From an uncultured Nitrososphaerales archaeon (GTDB lineage: Archaea > Thermoproteota > Nitrososphaeria > Nitrososphaerales > Nitrososphaeraceae): DNA of 64,000 nucleotides. The notes under the pieces are model-generated. The model searched no databases. It saw only the letters and a program-made list of their open reading frames with translations, and was not told the DNA's origin. Positions 41,394 through 53,268 of this stretch are shown one piece after another (within the stretch, counting starts at the first letter, position 1; every line of letters starts with the position of its first letter). Position numbers and translations under genes: made by a program. The stretch spans positions 160,001 through 224,000 of the forward strand of contig CAWJCY010000003.1 in assembly GCA_963841565.1 (NCBI GenBank), given 5' to 3'.

Positions 41394-41597
41394 CTAGTCT
41401 TTCTTGAGTTTTTTGGCAGCTTCCAATATTATTTTTGCTACGTCACGCTCAATTCCAAGTGAAGATGCAAGATGATCAACGTCAGATGATATAATAGAGT
41501 CAAACGTAAATCCTGATCTTGTCAATAGCTCTTTGAGCCCATCAGGAATCTCCAGTTCCTGAATTGTATATTCCATAACAAAAGTAATTTTGGACAT
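41394..41597 (-). CDS. Small helix-hairpin-helix-like protein
   Basis: IQELEIPDGLKELL..SGF...LASSLGIERDVAKIILEAAK resembles RadA-N/HhH folds. Confidence 0.6.
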   Translation of the reverse strand: MSKITFVMEYTIQELEIPDGLKELLTRSGFTFDSIISSDVDHLASSLGIERDVAKIILEAAKKLKKD

Positions 41598-41681
41598 ACT
41601 AATATACTCTTCTAGTAAATTTATATATAGATGATATCGGCATCACAGAAATACCTTTTGCCCTATGAATAGTTTGTCATA

Positions 41682-41939
41682 TTGGCGCAGCGGTCATCTG
41701 TATTTGATAACATAGACGATTGGAGTCTTATAATAGATTCTAGGCGCGAGGCAACCACCTCAGATCAAGCGTTGTGTGGTAGGGTGGTGGCTGAATTCAA
41801 AGATGCAATAATTGTTTTAAATTTTGGTCGCTACCAGACAAATAAATTTCTAGTACCGAAATCCAAAGTGGATGGATTTGACGGAACACGTGTACACCTC
41901 AAAATTCCTGAAACGAATCTATTCTTGTTTTGCTATTAA
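41682..41939 (+). CDS. Hypothetical protein (PRC-barrel-like)
   Basis: 85 aa; G.VV..., F.VPKSKVDGFDG..V.L pattern. Confidence 0.55.
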   Translation: MAQRSSVFDNIDDWSLIIDSRREATTSDQALCGRVVAEFKDAIIVLNFGRYQTNKFLVPKSKVDGFDGTRVHLKIPETNLFLFCY

Positions 41940-42140
41940 GTTACATCTACTAATTCCTTTAATAATGACAAAGAAATAGTGTCCACTTGCGTTCACCTTG
42001 GACGTGCTACGCAATTTTATTCAATGATAATAGAAATGGATTCTTAAGCACAGGTGTCCAAAAAAGATACTATTCCATGACTTCTCTAATCAAGTTTTCT
42101 CGATAGTTGAAACAAGTAATCACAAAGGCCAATAACCAAT

Positions 42141-44846
42141 CTATTGGCGACGACGTATATGTAAAATTACTAACATTGTCCCAAATGCGCCAATGTAAAA
42201 CCCCATACCCACTAACAGAGTATTGTTAAGCCCCACCACCATCGATGATATGACTGTAAGAACGGAACCCATAACTGAGGCAATGATGTTAACACCCCAG
42301 ATTAGTGTTACACTGTGATCTTCATTTTCATTAATTCCTTCCGAGGAAGAAGTCATATTGGAATCAGCAGATTTACGATCCGATCCAATTTGACTCTGTA
42401 TTTCATCGGCATATTTGCTTTTGTAGCCAGTCATTAGGCGAATGATAGATGGAAATTGGAATCCCATCAGAAACCCCATTGGGGTAAGGAAAATAGCACT
42501 AAGGGTGATTCGTTCGTAGATGGACAAAACTATACTCTGATAAATTACATCATCTATGAGGAAATAGTATGCTATGGTTATTACAACTAGGAATGGGATG
42601 GAAATCAGAATGGCTCTATCTGGCCTGCTAGGAAATAGCTTTCCGCTGGCGTAAGAGCCTATTCCTGTGGAGACCAATATCGAAAAGAGGATGACGGTTA
42701 ATGCCAAGACCGGGGTTCCCAGTATTAATAAGAATTTCTGGATCAAAGTGATTTCAAAGAACATGAATCCAAACCCAATACATGTGGCAAAAATTAAATA
42801 GTACTTGTTTGATAATAGAATTGATACGGTATCAATTCTATTTAATTTAGAATAAAAGAGTAAAATAGTAAACAACACCCCTGAAAGGATAAGTACAGTG
42901 GTAAGTAATATTATTAGTTGTGATGGGATTCTTTCTCTTGCGAAGAAAAAGGGAGAATCATCTGTGGGAGGGGGAAGAGAAGAAAAGCTTGAATTTCCCT
43001 TTCCTACAAGTGACCCAATTGATGCCATATTGTCAGATAGGGCTTTTTCAAAATCAGTTTGCACGTAATCAGTAGGTAGCAGGATCGTTCTAGCATTTCT
43101 TTCAGAGACTCTTTGTTTGACTAATTCAAGTTCTTCTGTTGTAAAGGCGCTATCTTTAATCATAACCAACACGGGATAAATTGATCCTTCACTTGAAGGT
43201 AGAAAGTAAAGGCCTGGTTTATTTTCTACTATAATTATTTTATCCAGAATCTCTTGGTTTTTCTCTATTACACTAGATGCTGATCCATTTCTTGGGTCAA
43301 TAGGCGATTCAGTACTCTCTTCACGAAGAGATTCATAGATCAAAGGTATTAGCCTAGGCAATTCTATGTTCCAACGTATCATCACTAACATGCCATGATC
43401 TTTATTCAAATGTTCCAGATATTGCTTGAATGCTTCTACCGTGTATAAATAGTTCTCAGACAATGCATATCCACCGGCAAGTTGAGCTGCCCATGAATCT
43501 ACTAACTTGATCATGATGAGGTCGAATCTTGAATCTGTACCACTTAGGTATCTTCTCCCTTCATCAATTACCAATTCTACTTGATCTTGGTCATACAAGT
43601 TGCCAGCAGCATCTCCAAACCGTTTTGCAGCTTCAATGATTAACGGGTTTATTTCAACTGCGGTTACATTCCTTGATCCTCCTGCCAAAGATGTAAGAAC
43701 GTCTTCGCCTCCACCACTACCGATCACCAAGGTTGAGTTAGTCTTTGAAATTTCATAAGGCAGGAAATCCATGTATCGCTTAATCCAAACCAGATCCTGC
43801 AATGTCTCATTCCAACGTATAACGGGTGTGTCGGCATCAGCGTCTATTGCAATGGCGGCTAGGGCTCTGGACCTTCCAGAGGAATCTAAGCTTTGAGGCT
43901 GATTTGTATTATGTATTTGGCGGGTCACATCAATTCTAGAAAATGAATTCCACTCCGTAAAAAGATGTTCAAAGCCCGTCGGATTTGAAAGCTGATAATA
44001 CAGTCCTTTTTTCTCTCCTGGTTTAATCGAAACCAAATCTGTATGTAAGGAACCATATGTCAGAATCAGCGAAAATATGATTACAAGCCCCAGCGAGATC
44101 AATAACAACCGAATTAATTGCGTCCTATTCCCATATTTCATAACCATGTTACTATGGTTAGGACCTTGTTCTGCATTAGAATACTGTATGTTACGTGGAA
44201 TCAGATTTCCCCACCTGACGATATATCTTTTGACTTTTAATGTTCTTGGAACGTGAATAGAAAAGTAAGTATTATTTCTACGCATCACAAATATTCCAAA
44301 CACACAAGTCGCTGAAATCAACAAGGAAATAAAAACTAGGGTATATTCAGCTCCAAAACCTCTAAGCAATGGATCCAACAAAAGCGCGGCGGCTGCAGAT
44401 CCCATCAAGTCAAGAAAATAAAGTCGACTGATATCTCTTGGTCTGGAATAGAAAATAAGAGCTATTGCAATACCTGCAAACAAAAAAGGTAATGATGAGG
44501 CGAGGTAGAATAGGTAAAGGAAATTCACGCTAGGTGGAATGAGGTAGCTCGTTACAAGAAGAAAAATCCCAATAGATGTCGCAAAACCCAAAGAAGACTT
44601 CAGCAAATAGATCGGGACAAGTTCCCTCCGCAGTCGATTCTTAATGATATGAGCAACAAGTGAACCTATCCCAAGGCCAAAAAAAGCGATTGATATGGCC
44701 ATAAATGCATAGTCATACCAGAGAATTATTGAGAAGATTCTAGTGAGAGTGAGCTCTAAAAGCAATACACTCAATGATATTACCGCAAGAAGAATCGCGT
44801 AAAGCAATACCAGCGAGGAGCCAACAATCAATCCATGTTGAAACAC
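42141..44846 (-). CDS. Multi-pass membrane protein with a central spermidine-synthase-like SAM-binding domain
   Basis: LLELTLTRIFS, LYFLDLMGS, WNSFSRIDV, LVIGSGGGEDV, VTAVEINP, DEGRRYL, ENYLYTVEAF, WGVN..ASV.GS. Confidence 0.85.
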   Translation of the reverse strand: MFQHGLIVGSSLVLLYAILLAVISLSVLLLELTLTRIFSIILWYDYAFMAISIAFFGLGIGSLVAHIIKNRLRRELVPIYLLKSSLGFATSIGIFLLVTSYLIPPSVNFLYLFYLASSLPFLFAGIAIALIFYSRPRDISRLYFLDLMGSAAAALLLDPLLRGFGAEYTLVFISLLISATCVFGIFVMRRNNTYFSIHVPRTLKVKRYIVRWGNLIPRNIQYSNAEQGPNHSNMVMKYGNRTQLIRLLLISLGLVIIFSLILTYGSLHTDLVSIKPGEKKGLYYQLSNPTGFEHLFTEWNSFSRIDVTRQIHNTNQPQSLDSSGRSRALAAIAIDADADTPVIRWNETLQDLVWIKRYMDFLPYEISKTNSTLVIGSGGGEDVLTSLAGGSRNVTAVEINPLIIEAAKRFGDAAGNLYDQDQVELVIDEGRRYLSGTDSRFDLIMIKLVDSWAAQLAGGYALSENYLYTVEAFKQYLEHLNKDHGMLVMIRWNIELPRLIPLIYESLREESTESPIDPRNGSASSVIEKNQEILDKIIIVENKPGLYFLPSSEGSIYPVLVMIKDSAFTTEELELVKQRVSERNARTILLPTDYVQTDFEKALSDNMASIGSLVGKGNSSFSSLPPPTDDSPFFFARERIPSQLIILLTTVLILSGVLFTILLFYSKLNRIDTVSILLSNKYYLIFATCIGFGFMFFEITLIQKFLLILGTPVLALTVILFSILVSTGIGSYASGKLFPSRPDRAILISIPFLVVITIAYYFLIDDVIYQSIVLSIYERITLSAIFLTPMGFLMGFQFPSIIRLMTGYKSKYADEIQSQIGSDRKSADSNMTSSSEGINENEDHSVTLIWGVNIIASVMGSVLTVISSMVVGLNNTLLVGMGFYIGAFGTMLVILHIRRRQ

Positions 44847-44981
44847 CTACCCCATCTAAATTTATTACTGAGCGAATCACTTTGAAATAGAATTTCAAGA
44901 CGTTGAAAGATGACTTCTATTATATAGATGATTCTAACCAGAACCTACATAGTTCTGTTGAATTGCGAATCCTTGGAAATG

Positions 44982-45134
44982 CTATGGAATAAAGTACACA
45001 ATGAAACTAGCGCCTATGATCGCAGTAACAATTATGGCCGTAATTATTATCCCTTTTTTAGTAGTCTTTCGTCTTCTTACCGGTTGATCGACCACTTTAT
45101 CATCAATATTTCTGCGATTGTTATTCTGTTCCAA
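44982..45134 (-). CDS. Small single-TM protein (50 aa)
   Basis: Manual translation from TTG: MEQNNNRRNIDDKVVDQPVRRRKTTKKGIIITAIIVTAIIGASFIVYFIP*. Confidence 0.55.
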   Translation of the reverse strand: MEQNNNRRNIDDKVVDQPVRRRKTTKKGIIITAIIVTAIIGASFIVYFIP

Positions 45135-45782
45135 TCAGTTCCATCACCTTCCTATTACGTGTTCAATATTGGTAACTGGCAATTATAAATGTGACTACTA
45201 ATTTGTGGGGGATTTCCCGTTTCACGTATACAACAGTAAACCTCATTACGACACGAAATTATGAATTCAATCAAGGGTTCTACGAAGTGTATCCTCTTCA
45301 TGCTTCTAGCATGTTTTGTAATTCCTAACTAGTTGCGACCAAAGAAATCATGACATTAGTATTAGCATGATAGTTTATAATGCTGCTTACTCATCAAAAT
45401 TACAAATATGGTTTTTTATACCGGTGTTAATGTGACATTTTATCTGAAACTAGTTTAGCCAAATTTAAGTCAGAATGTGGCGAGTCGGTCAAAAAAAGTC
45501 TTCGCGTCAGCGGGTATCATACTTTGAATCTTTATTGAATTACTGTTATTTCTATTTTCGAAGGACAAGAGTTTAGCATATATGAATCATCAAAAATTCT
45601 AAGTCTATGTGAAAAGTGGCAAACTTTGGGTGTGGTAGCACATTTTTTGAACTCTTCCAACATCTGACAATTATACTTGGGATTGAGGTAATAACAGATA
45701 AGACGATCAGCTTAATTTTTTCAATTAATTAGCCGCACTAAATTATCGTATTGAATTTTTAATTAATTTACAAAGACACTTT

Positions 45783-45974
45783 GTGATGAGCGTGTCCTTC
45801 GTTACAGAATTAAGAGAAAGAATTGTTATCCTTCAGGAGGCTTTAGATTCTGAAAAAAACCTGCGGAAAAGGCTATATGATGAGAACCAAGTGTTAATTG
45901 AGGAAAATCGAGAGATGGCTGATCAATTAGAAGCATTGAGAGCTCATTTAGAGGACATAGAGAAGTTACGATAA
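45783..45974 (+). CDS. Small coiled-coil protein
   Basis: 63 aa with Leu/Glu heptad pattern. Confidence 0.55.
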   Translation: MMSVSFVTELRERIVILQEALDSEKNLRKRLYDENQVLIEENREMADQLEALRAHLEDIEKLR

Positions 45975-46660
45975 GGCAGTGTCTCTAGATGAGGATTACT
46001 ACTCTTAACCACATTTTCTTGAAGTGAGGATATATGTACATTCTCAAATCAACTCATATGATCCCCTGAGTATATCAAATTGTGTTCAATGTATACAGTT
46101 TCCTCTATTAATTGCTGTCACTATGTCCCTACATATTATAATGTCTTTAGAAATATCCCCCCAAAAATTGGATCGATATTTTTGATCGCATACGGAGGAA
46201 TGTTCCTGGGTAAAACTGCTTAGAAGGTCACCAACATATTAATATCTCCAATTTGTTAGAATACCCTGTAGCCTAGAAAATGCAGCTGGATAGCTATTTC
46301 TCTATTCCTCTAATATAAAGGCTTTAGTTCATTTCAAGATGTACCATCCCTAATATCTTGCCGTCTCCAGGCACCACATGTTCATGTCTGAATATTGGAG
46401 AGCAAGGTAGAACCTCAAAAGTTGCCCCCTGCGGGGTATTGTCTAGATCATGGTTATAACCATATTCATAATTGAATACGACTCTCTGAGTTCTTAGACG
46501 CTGCTTTCAGTCGCTGAAACCAGGTTGAAAGAACTGAGCACGACGAGCAACCTGCGAATACAGCATAGGCGTGCGCGATATCATAGGATATGCATTCAGT
46601 AAAGGTACCCGACCCGCAAATTAGAGTCATTTAAGTATATGGAATGCATATATATATCTT

Positions 46661-47575
46661 ATGTTAAGAAATAAGCTAGTATGTAAGAATCATACCGATT
46701 ACGAATTCACGATAACTGACCCAGATTCTGGTGAGACAATATGTACCAGTTGCGGAGTTGTTCTGTCAGATAGAGTGTCTCAGCAAAATGTCCAGGAGCG
46801 CCGATCATTTGACGCGTTGCAAGACCGGGAAAGGAGCAGAGTAGGTATGCCAAGCACTCTTGCCAGACACGATAAAGGGCTGTATACCGTCATTGGTAAA
46901 CCGAATAAGGACGCTAGCGGTCAGGCTATTGACAATTCCATGCGCGTCATGATGGAAAGATTAAGGACATGGGATTACCGATTACAAGCACGGTCTGCAA
47001 CCGATAGGAATCTTAAAAGTGCTTTTGTTAAGCTTGAAGCCATGAAGGGAAAGCTATCGTTACCTCACGCCACGATCGAAAAGGCCGCCTATATCTATAG
47101 GAAGGTTCAAGAAATGGGAATGATTAAGGGAAGAACAATAAATGCTGCATTGGGTGCGTCTATTTACATTGCTTGTAGAGAGGCTGGCATTACAAGGACG
47201 TTGAATGATATAGCAGTCATAAGTAATACCTCGTACAAAGAGTTAGCGCGCACATACAGGCTCATAGTATTGAATTTAGACTTAAAAGTACCTATGATTG
47301 ACCCGATCAAGTGTGTAGCAAAACTTGCTAACAAGTTAGGAGTAAGTGAAATTACGAAGAGATATGCCATCGATTATATGCATGCGGTTTCAAAAAGCGG
47401 CGTTTCAGCAGGAAAAGATCCTATGGGATTGGCAGGAGCTGTCATCTATCTTTCATGTAAAAACCACGACCAACCGAGGACTCAAATTGAGGTGGCTAAC
47501 GCAGGCGGTGTGACAGAAGTGACACTCAGGAATAGAACAAAAGAGCTGTCTATGAAGATCCCCCAGCTCAATTAG
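46661..47575 (+). CDS. tfb: Transcription initiation factor IIB (TFB paralog)
   Basis: Zn ribbon (CKNH...GETICTSCG), HDKGL.T.IG, two cyclin folds (IYIACR, GKDPMGLAGA, GVTEVTLRNR). Confidence 0.93.
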   Translation: MLRNKLVCKNHTDYEFTITDPDSGETICTSCGVVLSDRVSQQNVQERRSFDALQDRERSRVGMPSTLARHDKGLYTVIGKPNKDASGQAIDNSMRVMMERLRTWDYRLQARSATDRNLKSAFVKLEAMKGKLSLPHATIEKAAYIYRKVQEMGMIKGRTINAALGASIYIACREAGITRTLNDIAVISNTSYKELARTYRLIVLNLDLKVPMIDPIKCVAKLANKLGVSEITKRYAIDYMHAVSKSGVSAGKDPMGLAGAVIYLSCKNHDQPRTQIEVANAGGVTEVTLRNRTKELSMKIPQLN

Positions 47576-47784
47576 TCTCTAATCCTGATTTAGTATTGAT
47601 CGAGTATTCATATGGGTCAGAGTAAAAGCCAGTTATATCTAGATTTCTAACGAGAACACGGGATATCCCCAAAATATCGACAACGTGGTCATATAACGGT
47701 GGCAATCATACATCCTGTAGCTTGTAAACCCGATATAAAAATAATTTCCAAAAAATGTATAAGTAGTTAGATAAAAGAGAGTCT

Positions 47785-49989
47785 GTGCAGCCAGATACAT
47801 TTTCACTGAAAATTCTCGAAGCTTACACCAGAGATGTAGGCAGAGGAGTAGCTCGTATCGATTATGACTCGATGGATTCTCTCACCGCCTCAACAGGAGA
47901 TGTAATTGAAATTAGGGGCGGAGAAAAAAGTAAAAGTCATAAGAGAACGGTGGCAAAGTGTTTGCCGCTGTACCCCTCTGATGAAGGTAAGGGAATAATT
48001 CGTGTTGATGGTCTTGTACGTAATAATGCAGGTGTTGCTATAGGTGATACAGTAGTTGTAAGAAAGATAAAGGCAGTTCCAGCTGAAAAGGTAATAGTAG
48101 CACCGCTTGAAGCAATTCCACCTATTGATGAAAGGTATCTTGCAGATGCACTTGAAAGTGTACCTCTGATCAAAGGCGATAATGTCATGGTTCCATATTT
48201 TGGTGGAAGACTTACTTTCCAGGTTATCGGGGTAAACCCTACTTCAAGTTCAAGTGAAGCGTCAATAGTAACTCAGAAAACCATGTTCACAATTACGACA
48301 ACTGACCATGCCTTGGCGGATAGAGTCGGACAAACTATCGCCTACGAAGACATAGGTGGCTTGAAGGACGAGATTCAAAAAGTACGTGAGATGATTGAGC
48401 TTCCTTTAAGACATCCAGAGATATTTGAGAAATTAGGAATTGAAGCTCCTAAAGGTGTGCTTCTATTTGGACCCCCTGGAACTGGTAAGACACTGTTGGC
48501 AAAAGCTGTTGCCAATGAAAGTAACTCACATTTTATCAGTATATCAGGACCTGAAATAATGAGTAAATTCTATGGAGAATCTGAAGCACGTTTAAGGGAA
48601 ATCTTTAAGGAGGCAAGAGAGAAGTCACCTTCGATAATATTCATTGATGAGATAGATTCAATCGCACCAAAGAGAGAAGAGGTAACTGGTGAGGTGGAAC
48701 GACGAGTTGTCTCTCAATTACTTTCATTGATGGATGGTTTAGAAGCTAGAGGAAAGGTTATAGTCATTGCTGCAACCAATAGGCCAAATGCCTTAGATCC
48801 AGCATTACGCAGACCAGGTAGATTTGACAGAGAAATTGAGATCAAAGTTCCTGACAAACGAGGTAGACTGGAGATATTACAGATTCATGCCCGTAATATG
48901 CCTCTGGATACTGATGTAGATCAAGATAAGATTGCTGGTGTAACTCATGGGTTTGTAGGTGCAGATCTTGAATATTTGTGTAAAGAAGCAGCTATGAAGT
49001 GTTTGAGAAGGCTTCTACCTGAACTCAATATGGAGGATGAAAAAGTTCCTCCCGAAACACTGGAAAAGCTCGTGATAAACATGAATGATTTTGACTATGC
49101 TACAAGGGAGATAACCCCATCTGCCATGAGAGAGGTCTACGTAGAACCTCCCGATGTCAAATGGGAAGATATTGGTGGACTAGACAACGTTAAGAGGGAA
49201 TTACAAGAGGCAGTGGAATGGCCAATGCGCTTTCCAGAAATGTACAAACAGCTGGGACACGAGGTTCCTAAAGGAATACTTCTACACGGACCTTCAGGCA
49301 CCGGAAAAACACTATTGGCAAAGGCTGTAGCTACTGAATCTGAAGCGAATTTCATTAGTGTTAAAGGCCCAGAATTAATGTCAAGATGGGTAGGCGAGTC
49401 TGAGAAAGGCATTCGAGACATATTTAGGAAGGCAAGACAGGGAGCACCTTGTGTAATATTCTTTGACGAGATAGATTCTATTGCACCTGTCAGAGGCTTG
49501 GAAGGTGTAGGGTATGCAAGCACAGAAAGAATGGTATCACAGTTACTTACAGAGATGGACGGAGTCCAGGAAATTCATGACGTTGTGATTATCGCGGCCA
49601 CGAATAGAGTAGATATGATTGATCCTGCTCTCTTACGTCCTGGGAGATTCGACAGAATTGTTTTTATCTCAAATCCAGACAAATTCACCAGGAAGAAAAT
49701 CCTTGAGATAAATACAAAAGGAAAGCCAATAGGTCAGGACGTAGACCTGGAGAAGATTGCCACCATAACTGAAGGCTTTAGCGGCGCTGACATCGCGGCA
49801 ATAGCCAACACCGCAGTATCTTTGGTTCTGCATAATTATCTTCAAAAGTATCCAACACCCGAAGATGCTCTCAAACATTCATCTGAAGCCCTTGTTTCTA
49901 TGCATCATTTCGAGGAAGCCACCAAGAAGGTTCGAAACCAGAAGGAAATGAAACCAGAAGAGAAACCAAACCTTTCGCAGTACAGATGA
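47785..49989 (+). CDS. cdc48: CDC48/VCP-family AAA+ ATPase
   Basis: RDVGRG.ARID N-domain; two AAA modules ([30 protein letters not shown]). Confidence 0.95.
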   Translation: MQPDTFSLKILEAYTRDVGRGVARIDYDSMDSLTASTGDVIEIRGGEKSKSHKRTVAKCLPLYPSDEGKGIIRVDGLVRNNAGVAIGDTVVVRKIKAVPAEKVIVAPLEAIPPIDERYLADALESVPLIKGDNVMVPYFGGRLTFQVIGVNPTSSSSEASIVTQKTMFTITTTDHALADRVGQTIAYEDIGGLKDEIQKVREMIELPLRHPEIFEKLGIEAPKGVLLFGPPGTGKTLLAKAVANESNSHFISISGPEIMSKFYGESEARLREIFKEAREKSPSIIFIDEIDSIAPKREEVTGEVERRVVSQLLSLMDGLEARGKVIVIAATNRPNALDPALRRPGRFDREIEIKVPDKRGRLEILQIHARNMPLDTDVDQDKIAGVTHGFVGADLEYLCKEAAMKCLRRLLPELNMEDEKVPPETLEKLVINMNDFDYATREITPSAMREVYVEPPDVKWEDIGGLDNVKRELQEAVEWPMRFPEMYKQLGHEVPKGILLHGPSGTGKTLLAKAVATESEANFISVKGPELMSRWVGESEKGIRDIFRKARQGAPCVIFFDEIDSIAPVRGLEGVGYASTERMVSQLLTEMDGVQEIHDVVIIAATNRVDMIDPALLRPGRFDRIVFISNPDKFTRKKILEINTKGKPIGQDVDLEKIATITEGFSGADIAAIANTAVSLVLHNYLQKYPTPEDALKHSSEALVSMHHFEEATKKVRNQKEMKPEEKPNLSQYR

Positions 49990-50374
49990 TTAATAAGTAT
50001 CCTCGTCTATTCTTTGCTAGAAGCAATTCATTATGTTTTTTTAATTCCGATGCTGAATAAACTTCAGAATATGCCTGGTAATTTAATAATGGGAAGGATT
50101 TTTCTAAAAGATAGGAAGTCGTTTCTCTAACACAGCTTGAATACTAAACTACAAATTGTACATTCGATAACTTGACTGTATGAAATGGTAACATGATGAA
50201 AGATAAATTGAAAGGTATTAGCGTAAACATGAAATCGGAATGGATAGGGCTGTCAATGTGCGGTCATACTAGTTGGGAATCGTTTTAATATTTTAAAAAC
50301 AGTTACAAACGATACTGACGGTCTGGAGATAGAAGCCGTTTAAAAATCACCCCCTGGTTTTTTCTAAAGATTGA

Positions 50375-51160
50375 CTATTTCTCTTTTGGTTTACGGCTGT
50401 AGTTTCTCATAGTTTCTACGACCCACTTCACGTCTTCCTTAGTCTTTGCTAAATTGGCGATTTTTACACAATCCCTAATGTCTCTAGACTTCAATTTTGT
50501 CCATACAACGTCAGCAACTTCCGCGGCTATATCTTCAGCTATTCCTTCACCGTGACACAACAGATGAATAGTGACTTCCTTGAAACTTCCGTATTTATAT
50601 GGTTTAAAGTATAAGACTAAAAATCTAGAGAGAAGTGGTGTAAGCATTCTCTCAGTAGCGTTACTTGTAGCAAAGACCCAGGTCTTTAACTGCGTATTGC
50701 GAGCCTTCTGGAACTTGGTCTCAGCGATTATTCCTGTTTCCATAAGGCTAAGTAGCGCTGTTTGGTCTTTCAAAGGCATATGTTCGATTTCATCAATAAT
50801 AAGATACCTTGGACGTTTCTCAAACAGGTATTCTATCATGCCCGATTTGGTGCTGTGACTTCCGAGAGTAAAGTAGGATCGTTCAAGTTTCATACATTCC
50901 AACATAAAAAGGGTTTTAGCTGAAGCAGGAGGCCCTACCAGAAGAATATGCACTGGTCTTTCCTTAGAATACAGTGACAACTGGAATAATTTCTTTATGT
51001 CTTCATAACCCACGATATTAGAGAAAAGCTCTCCCCCACCGTGAAACTGAGACATTGTATCTCCATCAACTGGTTCTCCCACCTCATTCTTCAATGATAC
51101 TAGATCTTTTTCGTTACTTGAATACACTCGACTATTGATGGCATCTTCGGATGCTCGCAT
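50375..51160 (-). CDS. Single-module AAA+ ATPase (MCM/MoxR-like)
   Basis: HILLVGPPASAKT Walker A, LIIDEIE Walker B, ATSN sensor, LLSRF Arg finger. Confidence 0.8.
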   Translation of the reverse strand: MRASEDAINSRVYSSNEKDLVSLKNEVGEPVDGDTMSQFHGGGELFSNIVGYEDIKKLFQLSLYSKERPVHILLVGPPASAKTLFMLECMKLERSYFTLGSHSTKSGMIEYLFEKRPRYLIIDEIEHMPLKDQTALLSLMETGIIAETKFQKARNTQLKTWVFATSNATERMLTPLLSRFLVLYFKPYKYGSFKEVTIHLLCHGEGIAEDIAAEVADVVWTKLKSRDIRDCVKIANLAKTKEDVKWVVETMRNYSRKPKEK

Positions 51161-51581
51161 GCAGAGTACCTACGTCTCATCGGTATTAAAGGCATTTGAG
51201 CCAAAAAATGGTGTCAATTTACTCGACAAATATAGACAGATCTGATGAATGGTCACATACTTCTTCCTTCCTTAAGTAGTGGGTGCGATGGGTATCAAAA
51301 TATTGATTTTTCCTTCAATAACTTTTCCTTTTTTGTTCTCACATGATAGTATTGAAATAGACCTCCCGTCGAACCATCATAACGTGTGGGAGAGCAATTG
51401 GCTGAAGTAAATATAAGATTAACAGGGAAAGATGATGAAATGGACTGTGCTCAATCTGAAATCAGGGTTTATTATCGAAATTTCTAAGTAGATTCCTTGG
51501 TCATTGCACATCAGGTAGGGGCTAAGGCAACTGCTACCGAAACTTGTATTGTAAATAGAGTTTTCTGTTGTTCTTACCTTA

Positions 51582-52433
51582 TTATCTTTCTATTTTCAAC
51601 GTATCGTAAAATCTGTTGTACCAATAAAATGCTCCAACTAAAACGACGTAATCAGTCATGAAAAATAGATCCCATATCCACATCTCTTTGGTGCTGCCCT
51701 CCAGAAAATGATGCACAAACCCGTCGTCAGCAATGGCATTTATTAGAAGAGATAATGAAGAAAGAATCCAAGGCATGAAGTTATAGTAATCTTTCCTATG
51801 CACAGTCAGGATGATGACCGATGGTATGATTAGAACCACATCTAGGATGGGGTATAATATTGAAAGCACCAAATCAATAAAGCCTGTCCTCGTTTCGCCT
51901 ATCATTCTCCCTTCTTGATTCGCGTAGAAACCTGATGGAAGAATCAAATTGTACGCTATTACGGATCCGGAGGCAATAACGACCATGATAACACTAAACG
52001 TATGAACCTGATCGCGTTGCACAAATCTGAGAGCAGTGAAGAGATGCAACGAAAAAAATACATAGCCAACTATCCAACAAGGATCTGCAAAAGACACAAC
52101 TAGCACCTGTTCTTCCTCATTGTGTTTAACAAAATGCCCATACGCTAGCGACAAGTCGCCTATAAACCAGAACAAAATTCCCAATGTGAGATATAACAAT
52201 GATTTACCGTGTGTACCGCCGAATCCATATCGGTATATTGTAACGAAACCGTATACAGTTGCCAGACAGGCAGTAACGTTGAGAGCGATAACCGTTATCG
52301 AATAATGTTGACTCGGAAAGTATGATACAAAACTTATCACCAGCGCATTAATAATAATGACGATTATCCCCAAAACTAGGCAAAATTTAATTACTAGCCT
52401 TCGAAGTAATCGAGGAGAGACATTATTATGCAT
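51582..52433 (-). CDS. Multi-pass membrane protein (sensor-domain-like, no cytoplasmic kinase)
   Basis: ~8 TM; WFIGD, SFADPCW..GY, YPILD, NAIAD motifs. Confidence 0.7.
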   Translation of the reverse strand: MHNNVSPRLLRRLVIKFCLVLGIIVIIINALVISFVSYFPSQHYSITVIALNVTACLATVYGFVTIYRYGFGGTHGKSLLYLTLGILFWFIGDLSLAYGHFVKHNEEEQVLVVSFADPCWIVGYVFFSLHLFTALRFVQRDQVHTFSVIMVVIASGSVIAYNLILPSGFYANQEGRMIGETRTGFIDLVLSILYPILDVVLIIPSVIILTVHRKDYYNFMPWILSSLSLLINAIADDGFVHHFLEGSTKEMWIWDLFFMTDYVVLVGAFYWYNRFYDTLKIER

Positions 52434-53268
52434 CGGTTACTCTGTCGCTTTGCTGTTTTATATATAAACCAAACGTTGTAGTAAGTGTTACAAGCACAGC
52501 ACTCAAATGACATTTTGATTCAGGCGACTCCATTTTAGAATGCGACTTCTTTTCAGTCAATTCGCATTAAGGTAGATATTGTTGGACAGAGTAAGAAAAA
52601 TGTCGGATACTCTGATAGTAGTATTAACCACTATAATGGATCAATATACAATCGTATGATCCAGAAGCGCTATCAGTCAATCCTTGACCTGAATTCAGAA
52701 TAGGTTTCATTTTTTTCCTCCACTTTGACTTCCCGAAGTGAATGTCAAGTTAGATTATTTAGGGCGAATACAAAAAATCTACATGAACCGAATCCTACTA
52801 CTAATATTTCTGAAATTCTTCGGGAGTTATCTACTTGTTTGATAGATAAAGAATGGGCGGTCGTTTATGTATGGTGGGCAAATCATAGACACCCGATGAT
52901 TGATTCTGATCAAGTGGTGTTAGTTTCAAACCTGACTTATCTAATAAATCGCACAAATTCCGATCGACCCCATCAATTGATTGATTTCATCACAAATATG
53001 ACAGCCCAAAAACTCTTAACATTAACCATCCCATGCTATACGCCACGAAATGAATGATGAGTATAGCTTGCTCCTGTGTGTGCGCAAGCTATACATTTTG
53101 CCAGCAGAGGTGTGATTTCTGCAAATATCCAGAGTCCTGATTGATTCATATTCTTTATGTTTGCATTGTACTACGTTGTTTCGCTGTATTTAAACAGGGT
53201 TCAATCTCACCATACACAAGATGAAGATTCTGTTCAAGATTATATTACCAGTTATGAGGAATTAGATT

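Noticed and set aside
52725-53057. 110-aa ORF on the + strand
   Set aside because: TTG start, no motifs, atypical composition; cannot be supported as a gene.
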